Origin: a virus
IMG/VR virus record: IMGVR_UViG_3300045988_151198
DNA length: 64,000 nucleotides
Direction: 5' to 3' (one strand)
The translations under genes were made by a program, and so were the position numbers. The notes beneath the pieces are model-generated. The model made no database searches. It saw only the letters and a program-made list of their open reading frames with translations, and was not told the origin of the DNA. Positions 47,539 to 56,050 of the stretch are shown here, piece after piece; position 1 is the first letter of the stretch; each line of letters opens with the position of its first letter.

Positions 47539-48063
47539 ATGCACGATAGCAAATCCGCTGAAAAGATTGCAAAAGAAGAATACAAAGAAGAACTTGCATT
47601 CTTGGAAGAACTTGAACATGAAATTGGCGAGCATTGCGAGGCCGGAGTCCGGTCAATGCCCCATGTCGAAAACACTCGTGAACTGCTTAAAGCACATAAA
47701 GAATTGTGCCATTATCTCATGTATAAGTGCGCTATTCATGAAATGTCGGAATATTCCGAAGTGTATCATGAGATTGAAGACATTATTGAAAATCCGCCCC
47801 ATACGTGGTATCCCTACATGGATAAACCGGGCGGGCACATGAATATCATTGAGATGGAAGTCGGAGAGATGATGCACGCCTATGAAGGAATGCACGCCAC
47901 GCCTCCCACGATGACCCATGCTCAGTTCGTACATGAGCTTAAACACGCCGCCGCCGCAATTTGCTACGCTCTGGAAGAAATGACCTGCTCTGACAAGGAA
48001 TACCATAAAAAGCACCATTTCCATAAGCCGTATCCCGAAGAATACGGTTCTAAGGCGAAATAA
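47539..48063 (+). CDS. His/Met/Glu-rich putative metal-binding protein (sits where a small terminase would be expected)
   Basis: 174 aa with many HxxxE/H pairs (HEIGEHCEAG, HKELCHYLMYKCAIHEMSEYSEVYHEIE, HKKHHFHKPYPEEYG). No recognisable TerS features. Confidence 0.45.
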   Translation: MHDSKSAEKIAKEEYKEELAFLEELEHEIGEHCEAGVRSMPHVENTRELLKAHKELCHYLMYKCAIHEMSEYSEVYHEIEDIIENPPHTWYPYMDKPGGHMNIIEMEVGEMMHAYEGMHATPPTMTHAQFVHELKHAAAAICYALEEMTCSDKEYHKKHHFHKPYPEEYGSKAK

Positions 48064-48065
48064 TC

Positions 48066-48275
48066 ATGAACATCGAATCTGATCGCAGGATAGATACAGG
48101 ACAATCGGAATCGAAGGCTTTCGGATGGATACCTTGTGCATTATGCAAGGCGTGGATTCCGATTGTCAAAGACGGAGTACACGAACCTCCGAAACACGGT
48201 ATTTGCCCGTATCGGAAGCCCTCTAAATGCAAAACGGAACCTAGCTTCGGTTGTCGTTGGGGCTTTACTGCTTAA
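48066..48275 (+). CDS. small Cys-rich hypothetical protein
   Basis: 69 aa. Confidence 0.3.
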   Translation: MNIESDRRIDTGQSESKAFGWIPCALCKAWIPIVKDGVHEPPKHGICPYRKPSKCKTEPSFGCRWGFTA

Positions 48276-48423
48276 TCAGAAATTCTCCCTACCTCCTTCC
48301 CATCCCTCCCTTAAAGGCGTCTATCCGGACGCCTTTTTCTTTTCTTGACAAAAATATAGAATGAAGATATACTTCAAAGATATATTGAAAATATCATTTT
48401 ATCAGATAAGGAGAGGAGTTTCA

Positions 48424-50559
48424 ATGGCTAATGTAAAACCCATAACGACTAAACAATTCAATCAAAACAAAAAGCATATCACCGACATCCATTGGTACGC
48501 CGACAATGTTCTTAACGGAAATATTCAGGTCTGTAAATACATTAGAGCATTGTGCAAAAACTTTAAAGATGATCTTGCCAATAAAGACCTCGATTTTTAT
48601 TTTTCGGAAGAATCGTCTATCCGAGTAATTTGTTTTATTGAAAATATGGTGCATGTCAAGGGCGTTCTTACTGGAAAAAGATTAAAGCTTGAGCCTTGGC
48701 AGAAATTCTTCGTTGGAAACATCTTTGGGTGGCTGGATAAGAAAAACAATCTCCGCAGGTACAGGGAGGCCGCCCTTATCGTCCCCCGAAAAGCTGGCAA
48801 GGCTTTAGCTGTAAGCACTCCAATCCCTACTCCCGAGGGTTGGGTCACGATGAATGATTTAAAGCCCGGAGATGCCGTTTATGGGCCAAATTCGGATATA
48901 CGGAGAGTAGTAGCCGTAACGGAAGTGATGTACGGAAGGCCGTGCTATGAAATTTCTTTCAGTGATGGTTCCGCTATTACTGCCGACGCGGAGCATCTTT
49001 GGAAAATCGACGGTAAGAATATCGTAACCTCCGAAAGTCTGCATCAAATCCTGTCCCATAATGGCAGAAAGCCCAAAGTGTGGGTAGCTCCGAATATAAA
49101 AAGGCATGATGGCGAGACGGTGCCTGTGGTAAGATTTATTACGGATTGTAAACCTGTGGAAAGCGTTCCGGTGAAGTGTATACAGGTTGACAATGAAGAT
49201 GGAATGTATCTTTGCGGGAAAACGTATATTCCGACTCACAATAGCAGCCTTGCAGCGGCTATTGGTCACTATATGCTTGTTGGTGAAAAAGAAAAAGGTT
49301 CAGAAGTATACTGTGGCGCGACCACAGAAGTTCAAGCATTTGTCCTGTTCAACATCGCTCGGGATATGATTGTTGCCAATAAAGCATTTGAAGAAGCATT
49401 TGGTCTGACTTATACTAAAGAATCGATTCATGCGCAATCAACGCTTTCTACGTTCAAACCTATTATCGGAAGCCCGAAGGACGGTAGTAATCCTCAATGC
49501 GCTATTGTTGACGAGTATCACGAGCATCCTTCCGACGCGCTGTATGACTCGTTGAAGCTCGGTATGGGCGCAAGACAGCATCCTCTCTTGCTTGTTACTA
49601 CCACCGCAGGGACGAACATTAAAGGCCCGTGCTATCGTTATGTGGAGCAAGGCAGGAAGGTCGTATTGGGAAAAGCAAAGAACGACCGACTATTTTACAT
49701 GGAATTCACCATTGACGATACGGATAAATGGGAAGATTTTTCATGTTGGATTAAGGCCAGCCCGAACTTTGGAGTTTCCGTATCCGAAGAGTTCCTGCGC
49801 GAGCAATACGAAATAGCCAAATCATCACAGTACAAGCGTTCATCCATTCTTACCAAAATGCTGAATGTTTGGAACAATGAATCTGTGGGGTGGATTGACT
49901 TTCCTAAATGGCTTAATTGTACTGACAGAAATCTAAAGATGGAAGATTTTGAAGGCGAGAAATGCTGGATTGGCATTGACCTAGCCTCTAAAGTCGACTT
50001 AACAGCAATGGTTGCCGTCTTTAAGCGTGACGGTAAGTTCTATGTTTTCGGAAAATACTATCTTCCTTCCGATACTGTAGATAGGCCGGAGAATGACCAT
50101 TATCGTGGCTGGAGGGATGAAGGCTGGCTGACCGTAACGCAAGGGGCTCGAACAGATTATCACGCGCTAGAGGAGGACTTGCAAAATTGGGCTGATAAAT
50201 ATGCGATTCAGGAAGTAGCATATGACCCTAGAGAAGCCGAATATCTTATGCAGAATATCCGGGAATGGGCGGCATTTGAATGTATTGAATTCACACAGTC
50301 ATCCGCTACTTTCTCCGAGCCGATGAAAGAGTTTGAAGCTGCGTATCTTAATGGGGAACTTTTCCACCAGAATGACCCTATCCTCAATTTCGCAGCAGGG
50401 AATGTAGTCCTGAAATCCACAACGAACAAACTTGTTTACATGACCAAAACGGCGAATGAAAATAAAATCGACCCGATGGTCGCTATGATTATGGCAATCG
50501 CTAGAGCAATGGAAGATAAAGAAGAAGAGGCGTCAGATCCGTTTATTATGTTCCTTTAA
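48424..50559 (+). CDS. terminase large subunit (Terminase_1-like) interrupted in the Walker A loop by a mini-intein
   Basis: Start set to the ATG at 48424 after the AGGAGAGGAG RBS. Removing residues 148-294 of the ORF restores IVPRKAGK|SSLAAAIGHYMLVG, a canonical PRKxGKS/T P-loop plus the ALY-like segment. Downstream nuclease-domain acidic residues are present. Confidence 0.85.
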   Translation: MANVKPITTKQFNQNKKHITDIHWYADNVLNGNIQVCKYIRALCKNFKDDLANKDLDFYFSEESSIRVICFIENMVHVKGVLTGKRLKLEPWQKFFVGNIFGWLDKKNNLRRYREAALIVPRKAGKALAVSTPIPTPEGWVTMNDLKPGDAVYGPNSDIRRVVAVTEVMYGRPCYEISFSDGSAITADAEHLWKIDGKNIVTSESLHQILSHNGRKPKVWVAPNIKRHDGETVPVVRFITDCKPVESVPVKCIQVDNEDGMYLCGKTYIPTHNSSLAAAIGHYMLVGEKEKGSEVYCGATTEVQAFVLFNIARDMIVANKAFEEAFGLTYTKESIHAQSTLSTFKPIIGSPKDGSNPQCAIVDEYHEHPSDALYDSLKLGMGARQHPLLLVTTTAGTNIKGPCYRYVEQGRKVVLGKAKNDRLFYMEFTIDDTDKWEDFSCWIKASPNFGVSVSEEFLREQYEIAKSSQYKRSSILTKMLNVWNNESVGWIDFPKWLNCTDRNLKMEDFEGEKCWIGIDLASKVDLTAMVAVFKRDGKFYVFGKYYLPSDTVDRPENDHYRGWRDEGWLTVTQGARTDYHALEEDLQNWADKYAIQEVAYDPREAEYLMQNIREWAAFECIEFTQSSATFSEPMKEFEAAYLNGELFHQNDPILNFAAGNVVLKSTTNKLVYMTKTANENKIDPMVAMIMAIARAMEDKEEEASDPFIMFL
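48802..49242 (+). mobile_element. mini-intein (147 aa, no homing endonuclease domain) in the terminase P-loop; class 3-like (Ala1, W-C-T motif)
   Basis: Block A ALAVSTPIPTPEGWVTMNDL; block B ...ITADAEHLW; block F/G VKCIQVDNEDGMYLCGKTYIPTHN followed by the +1 Ser. Excising it restores the Walker A motif. Confidence 0.65.
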
Positions 50560-50574
50560 CGTGCGTTAGCACAT

Positions 50575-50640
50575 ACAATAATACCCGATTAATCTACGAA
50601 TCTCTTTCCATTGATTCCGCGATTAATCGGGTATTATTGT
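50575..50640. repeat. 20-bp perfect inverted repeat (ACAATAATACCCGATTAATC ... GATTAATCGGGTATTATTGT) between the convergent terminase and the minus-strand block
   Basis: Arms at 50575-50594 and 50621-50640 with a 26-nt spacer. No U-tract on either side. Confidence 0.6.
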
Positions 50641-50653
50641 ATTCTAGGGAACC

Positions 50654-50896
50654 CTAAAAAGGAAATCCTTTTCCCTTATTAATCGACTTTAGAAATAATG
50701 TATGGATGCACCTATCAATTATAAAACAAACGCTAATGATAGGCAGTAAAAAGAAGAAAAAGGTTGTACTAAAATCTTTTGATCTTAGTACATCTGAAAA
50801 TAAAAATAATCCAATCGCAAAGATTATGGAACTTATTGTCAGGTCATAGTATTTAAGAACCTGTAATTTCTTCTCGAAGAATATTGAGCGCTTCAT
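50654..50896 (-). CDS. small membrane protein
   Basis: 80 aa with two hydrophobic helices and an AAAGGAGA RBS. Confidence 0.45.
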   Translation of the reverse strand: MKRSIFFEKKLQVLKYYDLTISSIIFAIGLFLFSDVLRSKDFSTTFFFFLLPIISVCFIIDRCIHTLFLKSINKGKGFPF

Positions 50897-51149
50897 TTAT
50901 ATCATCATCTCCTTTGATCGTATCGAAAATGATATCGTGTGTTAATCCTCCCCTTAAAAATATAGTTATAATATTATTTTTCTTCTTAACTCCGACAATA
51001 CTGTCTATTTCAAAAAATTCAATATCGGATGATAAGGTATTTTCAAAAATTATATAATTCTTTTTTGATGATGGAACGGGAGGAGGCGGAGGCGCACAGT
51101 GTTTTGGCACACCCCACCATATTTGTCTATCAGGTTTACATTCATCCAT
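50853..51149 (-). CDS. hypothetical protein with a poly-Pro segment
   Basis: 98 aa with an AGAAGG RBS; contains CAPPPPPVPSS. Confidence 0.4.
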   Translation of the reverse strand: MDECKPDRQIWWGVPKHCAPPPPPVPSSKKNYIIFENTLSSDIEFFEIDSIVGVKKKNNIITIFLRGGLTHDIIFDTIKGDDDINEALNILREEITGS

Positions 51150-51177
51150 ATTATAATACCTTCTTAATTTCCTTTTT

Positions 51178-51432
51178 TTATTTATGGTATAAGGTACGCT
51201 GTCCTTTTGGTGGATCTGGCCTTTCAGGGCAAACCCACTCTTTTGGATGCGAGACTATGTGGGCTCCTGTTTTGCCGCCTTCATTCCCTAGTAGGTAGAA
51301 TAACAGAAGCATAAGAAGCACGGAGAATATTATGATAAACACTGTCTCTATCCTCCTTTGAAGGAAATACAAATCTTCGATCAAAAATTTCAGTTTTAGT
51401 TTCCAACGATATGACCAATTCATGGTAGTCAT
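51178..51432 (-). CDS. possible small membrane protein (uncertain; overlaps the 3' end of the next gene)
   Basis: 84-aa ORF with a hydrophobic core VFIIIFSVLLMLLLFYLLG. Overlaps 51281..51523 by 150 nt in another frame. Confidence 0.2.
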   Translation of the reverse strand: MTTMNWSYRWKLKLKFLIEDLYFLQRRIETVFIIIFSVLLMLLLFYLLGNEGGKTGAHIVSHPKEWVCPERPDPPKGQRTLYHK

Positions 51433-51523
51433 CGTAGTCCCCGCGCATAAGAATGATGCGGTCTAAATCAATAGCTATTTTCCTTTCAAGCGTGACGCCA
51501 TACCAAAAGCTATAAAGTTTCAT
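51281..51523 (-). CDS. hypothetical protein, paralog of 51525..51746
   Basis: The MKLYSFWYG...DLDRIILMRGDYDD pattern is shared with the neighbour (MKLVDFRFG...DTDRIISMSKEKG). Confidence 0.5.
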   Translation of the reverse strand: MKLYSFWYGVTLERKIAIDLDRIILMRGDYDDYHELVISLETKTEIFDRRFVFPSKEDRDSVYHNILRASYASVILPTRE

Positions 51524-51524
51524 G

Positions 51525-51746
51525 CTATCCCCTATTATTACTCATTATGAGAAGTTTAGAAAATGCTTCATCCCTATATTCCTCGGAAGAAAAAGAATAC
51601 TCAAAAATATGGTCTTCTTTGGTTCCGCATAGCATAATTCGAAGTTTCGTACTACCTTTTTCCTTACTCATCGAAATTATTCTATCCGTGTCAACAGCTT
51701 CTACGCTTTCGCAGTCCTTTCCAAATCGAAAATCTACCAATTTCAT
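51525..51746 (-). CDS. hypothetical protein, paralog of 51281..51523
   Basis: 73 aa. Tandem duplicate. Confidence 0.5.
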   Translation of the reverse strand: MKLVDFRFGKDCESVEAVDTDRIISMSKEKGSTKLRIMLCGTKEDHIFEYSFSSEEYRDEAFSKLLIMSNNRG

Positions 51747-52114
51747 GCCAATCCCTTCCCTTTCCGATAGTCGGAGGTTATTTTTGAATGACAGGATTTA
51801 CATAACGCCATAAGGTTATTTTCGTCAAGTACTTTTCCGCCCTCGTTAATAGGGACTATGTGGTGGACTTCGTTAGCTGCGCTAGGGAATGGGGACGTTT
51901 TCTCGCATTCCTCGCAGAAAGGATGCTTTCGCAGGTATCGCTCACGAACTTTCTTCCATCTTGAATCATACCCTCTTTCCGCTGGAGTTCCGCGCTTCAT
52001 ATCATATCGTTTGTCTGACGAGATCCTGTGCTTGGCGCAATCTTCGCAGTACCCCGAAGGGTGATCCGTTGGTTTTTTACAGTGCTTACATGGTTTTTTT
52101 GGTCTAGGGGGCAT
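51743..52114 (-). CDS. HNH endonuclease
   Basis: N-terminal CKHC...CEDC zinc-finger Cys pairs, then the HNH core VHHIVPINEGG...NLMALCKSCH; GGAGG RBS. Such genes are often terminase-associated. Confidence 0.75.
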   Translation of the reverse strand: MPPRPKKPCKHCKKPTDHPSGYCEDCAKHRISSDKRYDMKRGTPAERGYDSRWKKVRERYLRKHPFCEECEKTSPFPSAANEVHHIVPINEGGKVLDENNLMALCKSCHSKITSDYRKGKGLA

Positions 52115-52130
52115 ATTGTGACCTCCACAA

Positions 52131-52325
52131 TTAATAGTATTTTATTGTTAAGGCTCCAGCGGAAAGAAACCACGCCAGTCTATAGACAGCTCCACTAAGT
52201 TGGTCTTTGCTTATATAATCCGCGAACGGGTTAATCCATTCCATACAGATAAAGCAAGAAAGAAGATAAAGACCTAACAACGATAATAAAAAGCATATAA
52301 TATGGCTTACGAAATTATTATTCAT
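52131..52325 (-). CDS. small membrane protein
   Basis: 64 aa with two TM segments. Confidence 0.4.
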   Translation of the reverse strand: MNNNFVSHIICFLLSLLGLYLLSCFICMEWINPFADYISKDQLSGAVYRLAWFLSAGALTIKYY

Positions 52326-52330
52326 GGATT

Positions 52331-52711
52331 TTACTTTTCCCCCGACATAAAAATATCAAAATGCTTTTTTGCAGGTTCGCAGTATCGCCATTGAATTATA
52401 TGTTTATTGGTCGCTCTATATCCTGTATATTTCGGCTCATCTTCTTGTATCTTCTTATTAAAAAATCCTATATACCACATTTTTTTATCGTTGCTAAAAG
52501 CAACAAGTTCTCCCTCTTGAAATTCCTTATGATGGGCATTGTAAGTCCCCGCAAGATGTTCGTTACCTTCGTAAGGAATGCAATACCTATATACACTCAA
52601 GCTGGTATCTTTAAAAGCGGCCCCTACCTTTCCCGAAAAAAGTACGGGCTCCCAAATTTCATGTTCAGAATCTCGCATCAAAACTTTATCGAAAGGCTTA
52701 AACTCGTACAT
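52331..52711 (-). CDS. hypothetical protein, member A of a tandem triplicated family
   Basis: 126 aa. Shares F.KVLVRDSE..W....FS......YCIPY.GNEHL.GT....W.PKKGELVA....W...F...EYCEPAK.HF with 53040 and 53423. Confidence 0.55.
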   Translation of the reverse strand: MYEFKPFDKVLMRDSEHEIWEPVLFSGKVGAAFKDTSLSVYRYCIPYEGNEHLAGTYNAHHKEFQEGELVAFSNDKKMWYIGFFNKKIQEDEPKYTGYRATNKHIIQWRYCEPAKKHFDIFMSGEK

Positions 52712-52737
52712 TATGTAATCTCCTTTTTTTTAAATGG

Positions 52738-53028
52738 TTAAAGTGACAGTTCGTTCATTTTACGATTAAATCTTTCTTCAAGAAAATTAACCTCTTCGTA
52801 AGAAAGATTGAAATTACATCCCTCCATAAGATGATCACGTGCATAAGGGTCAAGTCTCCATGTTTCAAATTTTTCTCCCTTTTGGTTTTGGTCCTCCTGC
52901 CATTCAATGCTACATTCCCTATAAAACCCTCCCGATAGAACCTTCGTTTCTCCATCTACTGTGAAAGTAAGATGCCCTTCTTCAATCTCAGAGTTCCATT
53001 CGTAGCGTACAAGATTAATTTCGCGCAT
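52738..53028 (-). CDS. hypothetical protein
   Basis: 96 aa, inserted between paralogs A and B. Confidence 0.45.
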   Translation of the reverse strand: MREINLVRYEWNSEIEEGHLTFTVDGETKVLSGGFYRECSIEWQEDQNQKGEKFETWRLDPYARDHLMEGCNFNLSYEEVNFLEERFNRKMNELSL

Positions 53029-53039
53029 TACCTATTCTC

Positions 53040-53423
53040 CTAAGAATTAAATTCAAAGTGATTTTTTGCAGGCTCGCAATATTCCCATTCTCCTCGATTA
53101 TGGTCAAATGTGTCCATACCTCCTGCAATATAGACCTTATTGCCGTTACGAGTATTCGTTCCATAAAAAATACGAAGGAACCACCCATCACCATGAAATC
53201 TATCTCTGACCGCAACAAGGTCGCCTTTTTTAGGAACCCATTCATTATTCTTCGTCCCCACAAGATGCTCATTGCCGAGGGCAGGGATGCAATATTTCCA
53301 AGAAGCGTCATTGATAGCTATAACACGCCCTTCTATATCATAATGAGAGAAAAAAGTTGCGACCCAATTATCATCCTCGGAATCCCTAACTAAAACTTTA
53401 TCAAACATTTTAAACTCAGGCAT
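53040..53423 (-). CDS. hypothetical protein, member B of the triplicated family
   Basis: 127 aa; same pattern as 52331 and 53423. Confidence 0.55.
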   Translation of the reverse strand: MPEFKMFDKVLVRDSEDDNWVATFFSHYDIEGRVIAINDASWKYCIPALGNEHLVGTKNNEWVPKKGDLVAVRDRFHGDGWFLRIFYGTNTRNGNKVYIAGGMDTFDHNRGEWEYCEPAKNHFEFNS

Positions 53424-53824
53424 TAGATTTCTTCCTTCTTACCAATATCAAAATGATGCTCAAGAGGTGCACGGTATTCCCATGTTTCAAATAACTCTTC
53501 AAAAATACGGCCTTCACAGTTTTTTACTCTGTAGATAGTACCTTCTTCGCTTTTTTCTTCACTTATAAAGACCCTAGCGAACCATGAGCTACCCTCATGA
53601 CTCACAGCCACAAGTTCCCCCTTCTTAGGTTTCCATGCGCTTTTAGCTGTTCCTACAAGATCTTCATTGCCATGATAGGGAATACAATACGCCCACAAAC
53701 GATTGCCGAGAGTCACAAATTCGTCATCAATATAATGGGAAAACAAGTCTACTGCCCAAATTCCATCCTCAGTATCTCTAACCAAAACCTTTTGATATTC
53801 TTTAAACTTAGGCATGTTATTCAT
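53423..53824 (-). CDS. hypothetical protein, member C of the triplicated family
   Basis: 133 aa; same conserved pattern. Confidence 0.55.
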   Translation of the reverse strand: MNNMPKFKEYQKVLVRDTEDGIWAVDLFSHYIDDEFVTLGNRLWAYCIPYHGNEDLVGTAKSAWKPKKGELVAVSHEGSSWFARVFISEEKSEEGTIYRVKNCEGRIFEELFETWEYRAPLEHHFDIGKKEEI

Positions 53825-54198
53825 TCTCCTTTATTAATTTGTTCTGCCATAATAAATGCGGCATCAATTTCCTTAGCCAGTTGGTCAGCATTATAATTTT
53901 CGTCCTTAATGCCGTCTTTCTCTACAGACATAGACGCTAGGCATAAAAGCGCGTCGGAAAGAATCTTGACCGACTTACACGCTGCAACGATATAAGTAGC
54001 GTTGGCAAGCTGTTGCTCTCTAAGAACATTTTGCGTAGGATAATCATTGCAAACATACATATTTACCATTGCGATATGTTTGTCCCCACAGTTAATGGCT
54101 CCATGACAATGAGACTCGTCAAGATGCCAATCGCCTCCATTCGTAGCGGCTTTCCTCAGCTTTTCCAATTCTGTAAGGAATCTAAGACTTTCGTTCAT
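53821..54198 (-). CDS. hypothetical protein (Cys/His-containing)
   Basis: 125 aa; HCHGAINCGDKH segment. Confidence 0.45.
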   Translation of the reverse strand: MNESLRFLTELEKLRKAATNGGDWHLDESHCHGAINCGDKHIAMVNMYVCNDYPTQNVLREQQLANATYIVAACKSVKILSDALLCLASMSVEKDGIKDENYNADQLAKEIDAAFIMAEQINKGE

Positions 54199-54574
54199 TT
54201 CTTACCATCCTTTCTTCACGTTCCATTTCCGCTTCGACCATAAGTTCAGCTTCACGCAAAAGGCACCAATTGCCGCAACCGGGGAAACTTCCACCTTTGC
54301 GCGGGCACAACGCCTTCATGCTGTGAGCGCAAGGAACATCGTTGTAATCCATGCTAATCAGTTTAAGTTTCACACGAGACTCGAACATAAGAGCGTCATA
54401 ATAGTCAGGATACAAGGAATCAAAATACCCTCTTTCCGGACAATCACTGCACATAAAGGAAAATCGAAATTCACAATTTTCGCATTGATTGATAAAAAGA
54501 ATTCTGTTTTTAAGCCACTCTTTTTCCTTGTTTGTAAGACTGTACTTGTTTTTTCTCATGATGTCAATTCTCAT
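54182..54574 (-). CDS. Cys-rich hypothetical protein
   Basis: 130 aa; CENCEF...CSDCPERG...CAHS...CPRKGGSFPGCGNWC. Confidence 0.45.
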   Translation of the reverse strand: MRIDIMRKNKYSLTNKEKEWLKNRILFINQCENCEFRFSFMCSDCPERGYFDSLYPDYYDALMFESRVKLKLISMDYNDVPCAHSMKALCPRKGGSFPGCGNWCLLREAELMVEAEMEREERMVRNERKS

Positions 54575-54998
54575 TTTTACTTATTTTATAGAAAACCGCG
54601 TCGTTTTTATCCCCGCTAGGCTCATGATACGTAGCGAATGCAATACCATCCTTTCTTCCGAATCTCTGGAACATCTCCCTCGCAATAGTAACCATCCTGA
54701 TCTTGGCTACAGAGTTAGCGGAATGCACTCTTACGATTTGAAGATTGGAGAGCTTACCCTCGGAGATCAGTTTTTCGATTTCATTCAGGATTTGATAGCC
54801 TTCGCTAAGATGCCCCGAGCCTCCAAGGTCATTATCAAGACTAATGCCGTGGGGATTTACTTCTTCAATAATCCTCATAAACTGCTTTCCGCTCCGAACG
54901 GTGTACACTTCAAAATCTTCATCGTCGCCTTCATCCACATCTTGGAAGAAATTATATGAAGGTGTTCTTTCGTCATCCAGATAAATCCATGTTTTCAT
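54564..54998 (-). CDS. receiver (REC)-like fold protein resembling the cyclic-phosphate-processing receiver (crREC) family
   Basis: N-terminal MKTWIYLDDERTP followed by ISLDNDLGG...GYQIL...IVRVHSANSVAK, the pattern recalled for REC-like domains found in RNA-repair contexts. AAGAGGA RBS. Confidence 0.35.
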   Translation of the reverse strand: MKTWIYLDDERTPSYNFFQDVDEGDDEDFEVYTVRSGKQFMRIIEEVNPHGISLDNDLGGSGHLSEGYQILNEIEKLISEGKLSNLQIVRVHSANSVAKIRMVTIAREMFQRFGRKDGIAFATYHEPSGDKNDAVFYKISKNEN

Positions 54999-55002
54999 TA
55001 CT

Positions 55003-55497
55003 TTAATCCTCTTTTTTATAGAAGATATACTTTTCCGGAATATCTACACACTTGTTTACGGCATACTCGGTTTCTTCATTACATATGGCAGCAATTTTCC
55101 AATAGTTCATTGTTGTTTTTATTGGAAAAACATCATTAGTTGAAATTTCTCTAAAAAATGTTTTTATCCATTTCTCCCTATCATTATCTCTAACTAGAAT
55201 AGGAGCAAGGTGTTGGGGGGTAGGTGCCCTTTGCAAAAAAATTTCAGGGTGATTGGAGAGTGCCTTTTTGATAAGATTCGTGGTAAGCTCTTTTTTGAGA
55301 AATATAGAAGGATATGAATGATCACTGTGCCATTTGATACCCTTAGTATCGAACCATTGAATATGATCATATCTCTCATCATCTTTAAAAGTTACGCTAA
55401 TTTTGTGCCCTTCTTCACCTTCATAAGTAATTTCATTGACAAAACCCCAACCATAACCAAAATGATATACCTCATCCAAAACATTAAACTTCATCAT
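55003..55497 (-). CDS. hypothetical protein
   Basis: 164 aa. Confidence 0.45.
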   Translation of the reverse strand: MMKFNVLDEVYHFGYGWGFVNEITYEGEEGHKISVTFKDDERYDHIQWFDTKGIKWHSDHSYPSIFLKKELTTNLIKKALSNHPEIFLQRAPTPQHLAPILVRDNDREKWIKTFFREISTNDVFPIKTTMNYWKIAAICNEETEYAVNKCVDIPEKYIFYKKED

Positions 55498-55500
55498 AAT

Positions 55501-55761
55501 CTATATCCTTTTTGAATCTTCAATTAAAGATGGAAGCATAAGCGATAAGAAAAAAGATAGTACAAGCACTATGACTCTAATTCCTTTAGCAATATCTACG
55601 CCATCTGGGTTTGGTATAGACATGAAAGGATTGAAAAAATCTCCGTTTACAAAAGCCATCCCTGCATACAAAATCACTAAAATGACCAGCATCCTTAAAA
55701 ATATGGCGGAAAAATCCATTGACAAGGCTATATAATTTCTTATGTTTATAATCATTTCCAC
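55501..55761 (-). CDS. small membrane protein, paralog of 55779..56030
   Basis: GDFFNPF...LPSLIE is shared with the neighbour (GDILNPF...LPLIEK). Confidence 0.45.
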   Translation of the reverse strand: MEMIINIRNYIALSMDFSAIFLRMLVILVILYAGMAFVNGDFFNPFMSIPNPDGVDIAKGIRVIVLVLSFFLSLMLPSLIEDSKRI

Positions 55762-55778
55762 AGAGACATTCCTTTGTG

Positions 55779-56030
55779 TTATTTTTCTATCAAAGGAAGT
55801 ATCACAGCGAACGCTATCCCTGAAAGATAAGCAAACATTCGTGTTATAACCCCAAAATCATCGCCATAGCGAGAAATGTATTCTCCAAAAGGATTTAGAA
55901 TATCCCCTGCCATAAAACAAATTGAAATATAAAAAAAGATTAAAGCTACTATGAATCGCAGGACATATGCTAGCGCGGATTTTTGCGTAGAAAAGTACCA
56001 CCACAATACATTTCTTTCCTCTCTTGTCAT
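55779..56030 (-). CDS. small membrane protein, paralog of 55501..55761
   Basis: 83 aa. Confidence 0.45.
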   Translation of the reverse strand: MTREERNVLWWYFSTQKSALAYVLRFIVALIFFYISICFMAGDILNPFGEYISRYGDDFGVITRMFAYLSGIAFAVILPLIEK

Positions 56031-56050
56031 TTTCGAGCCTCCTTTAATTT

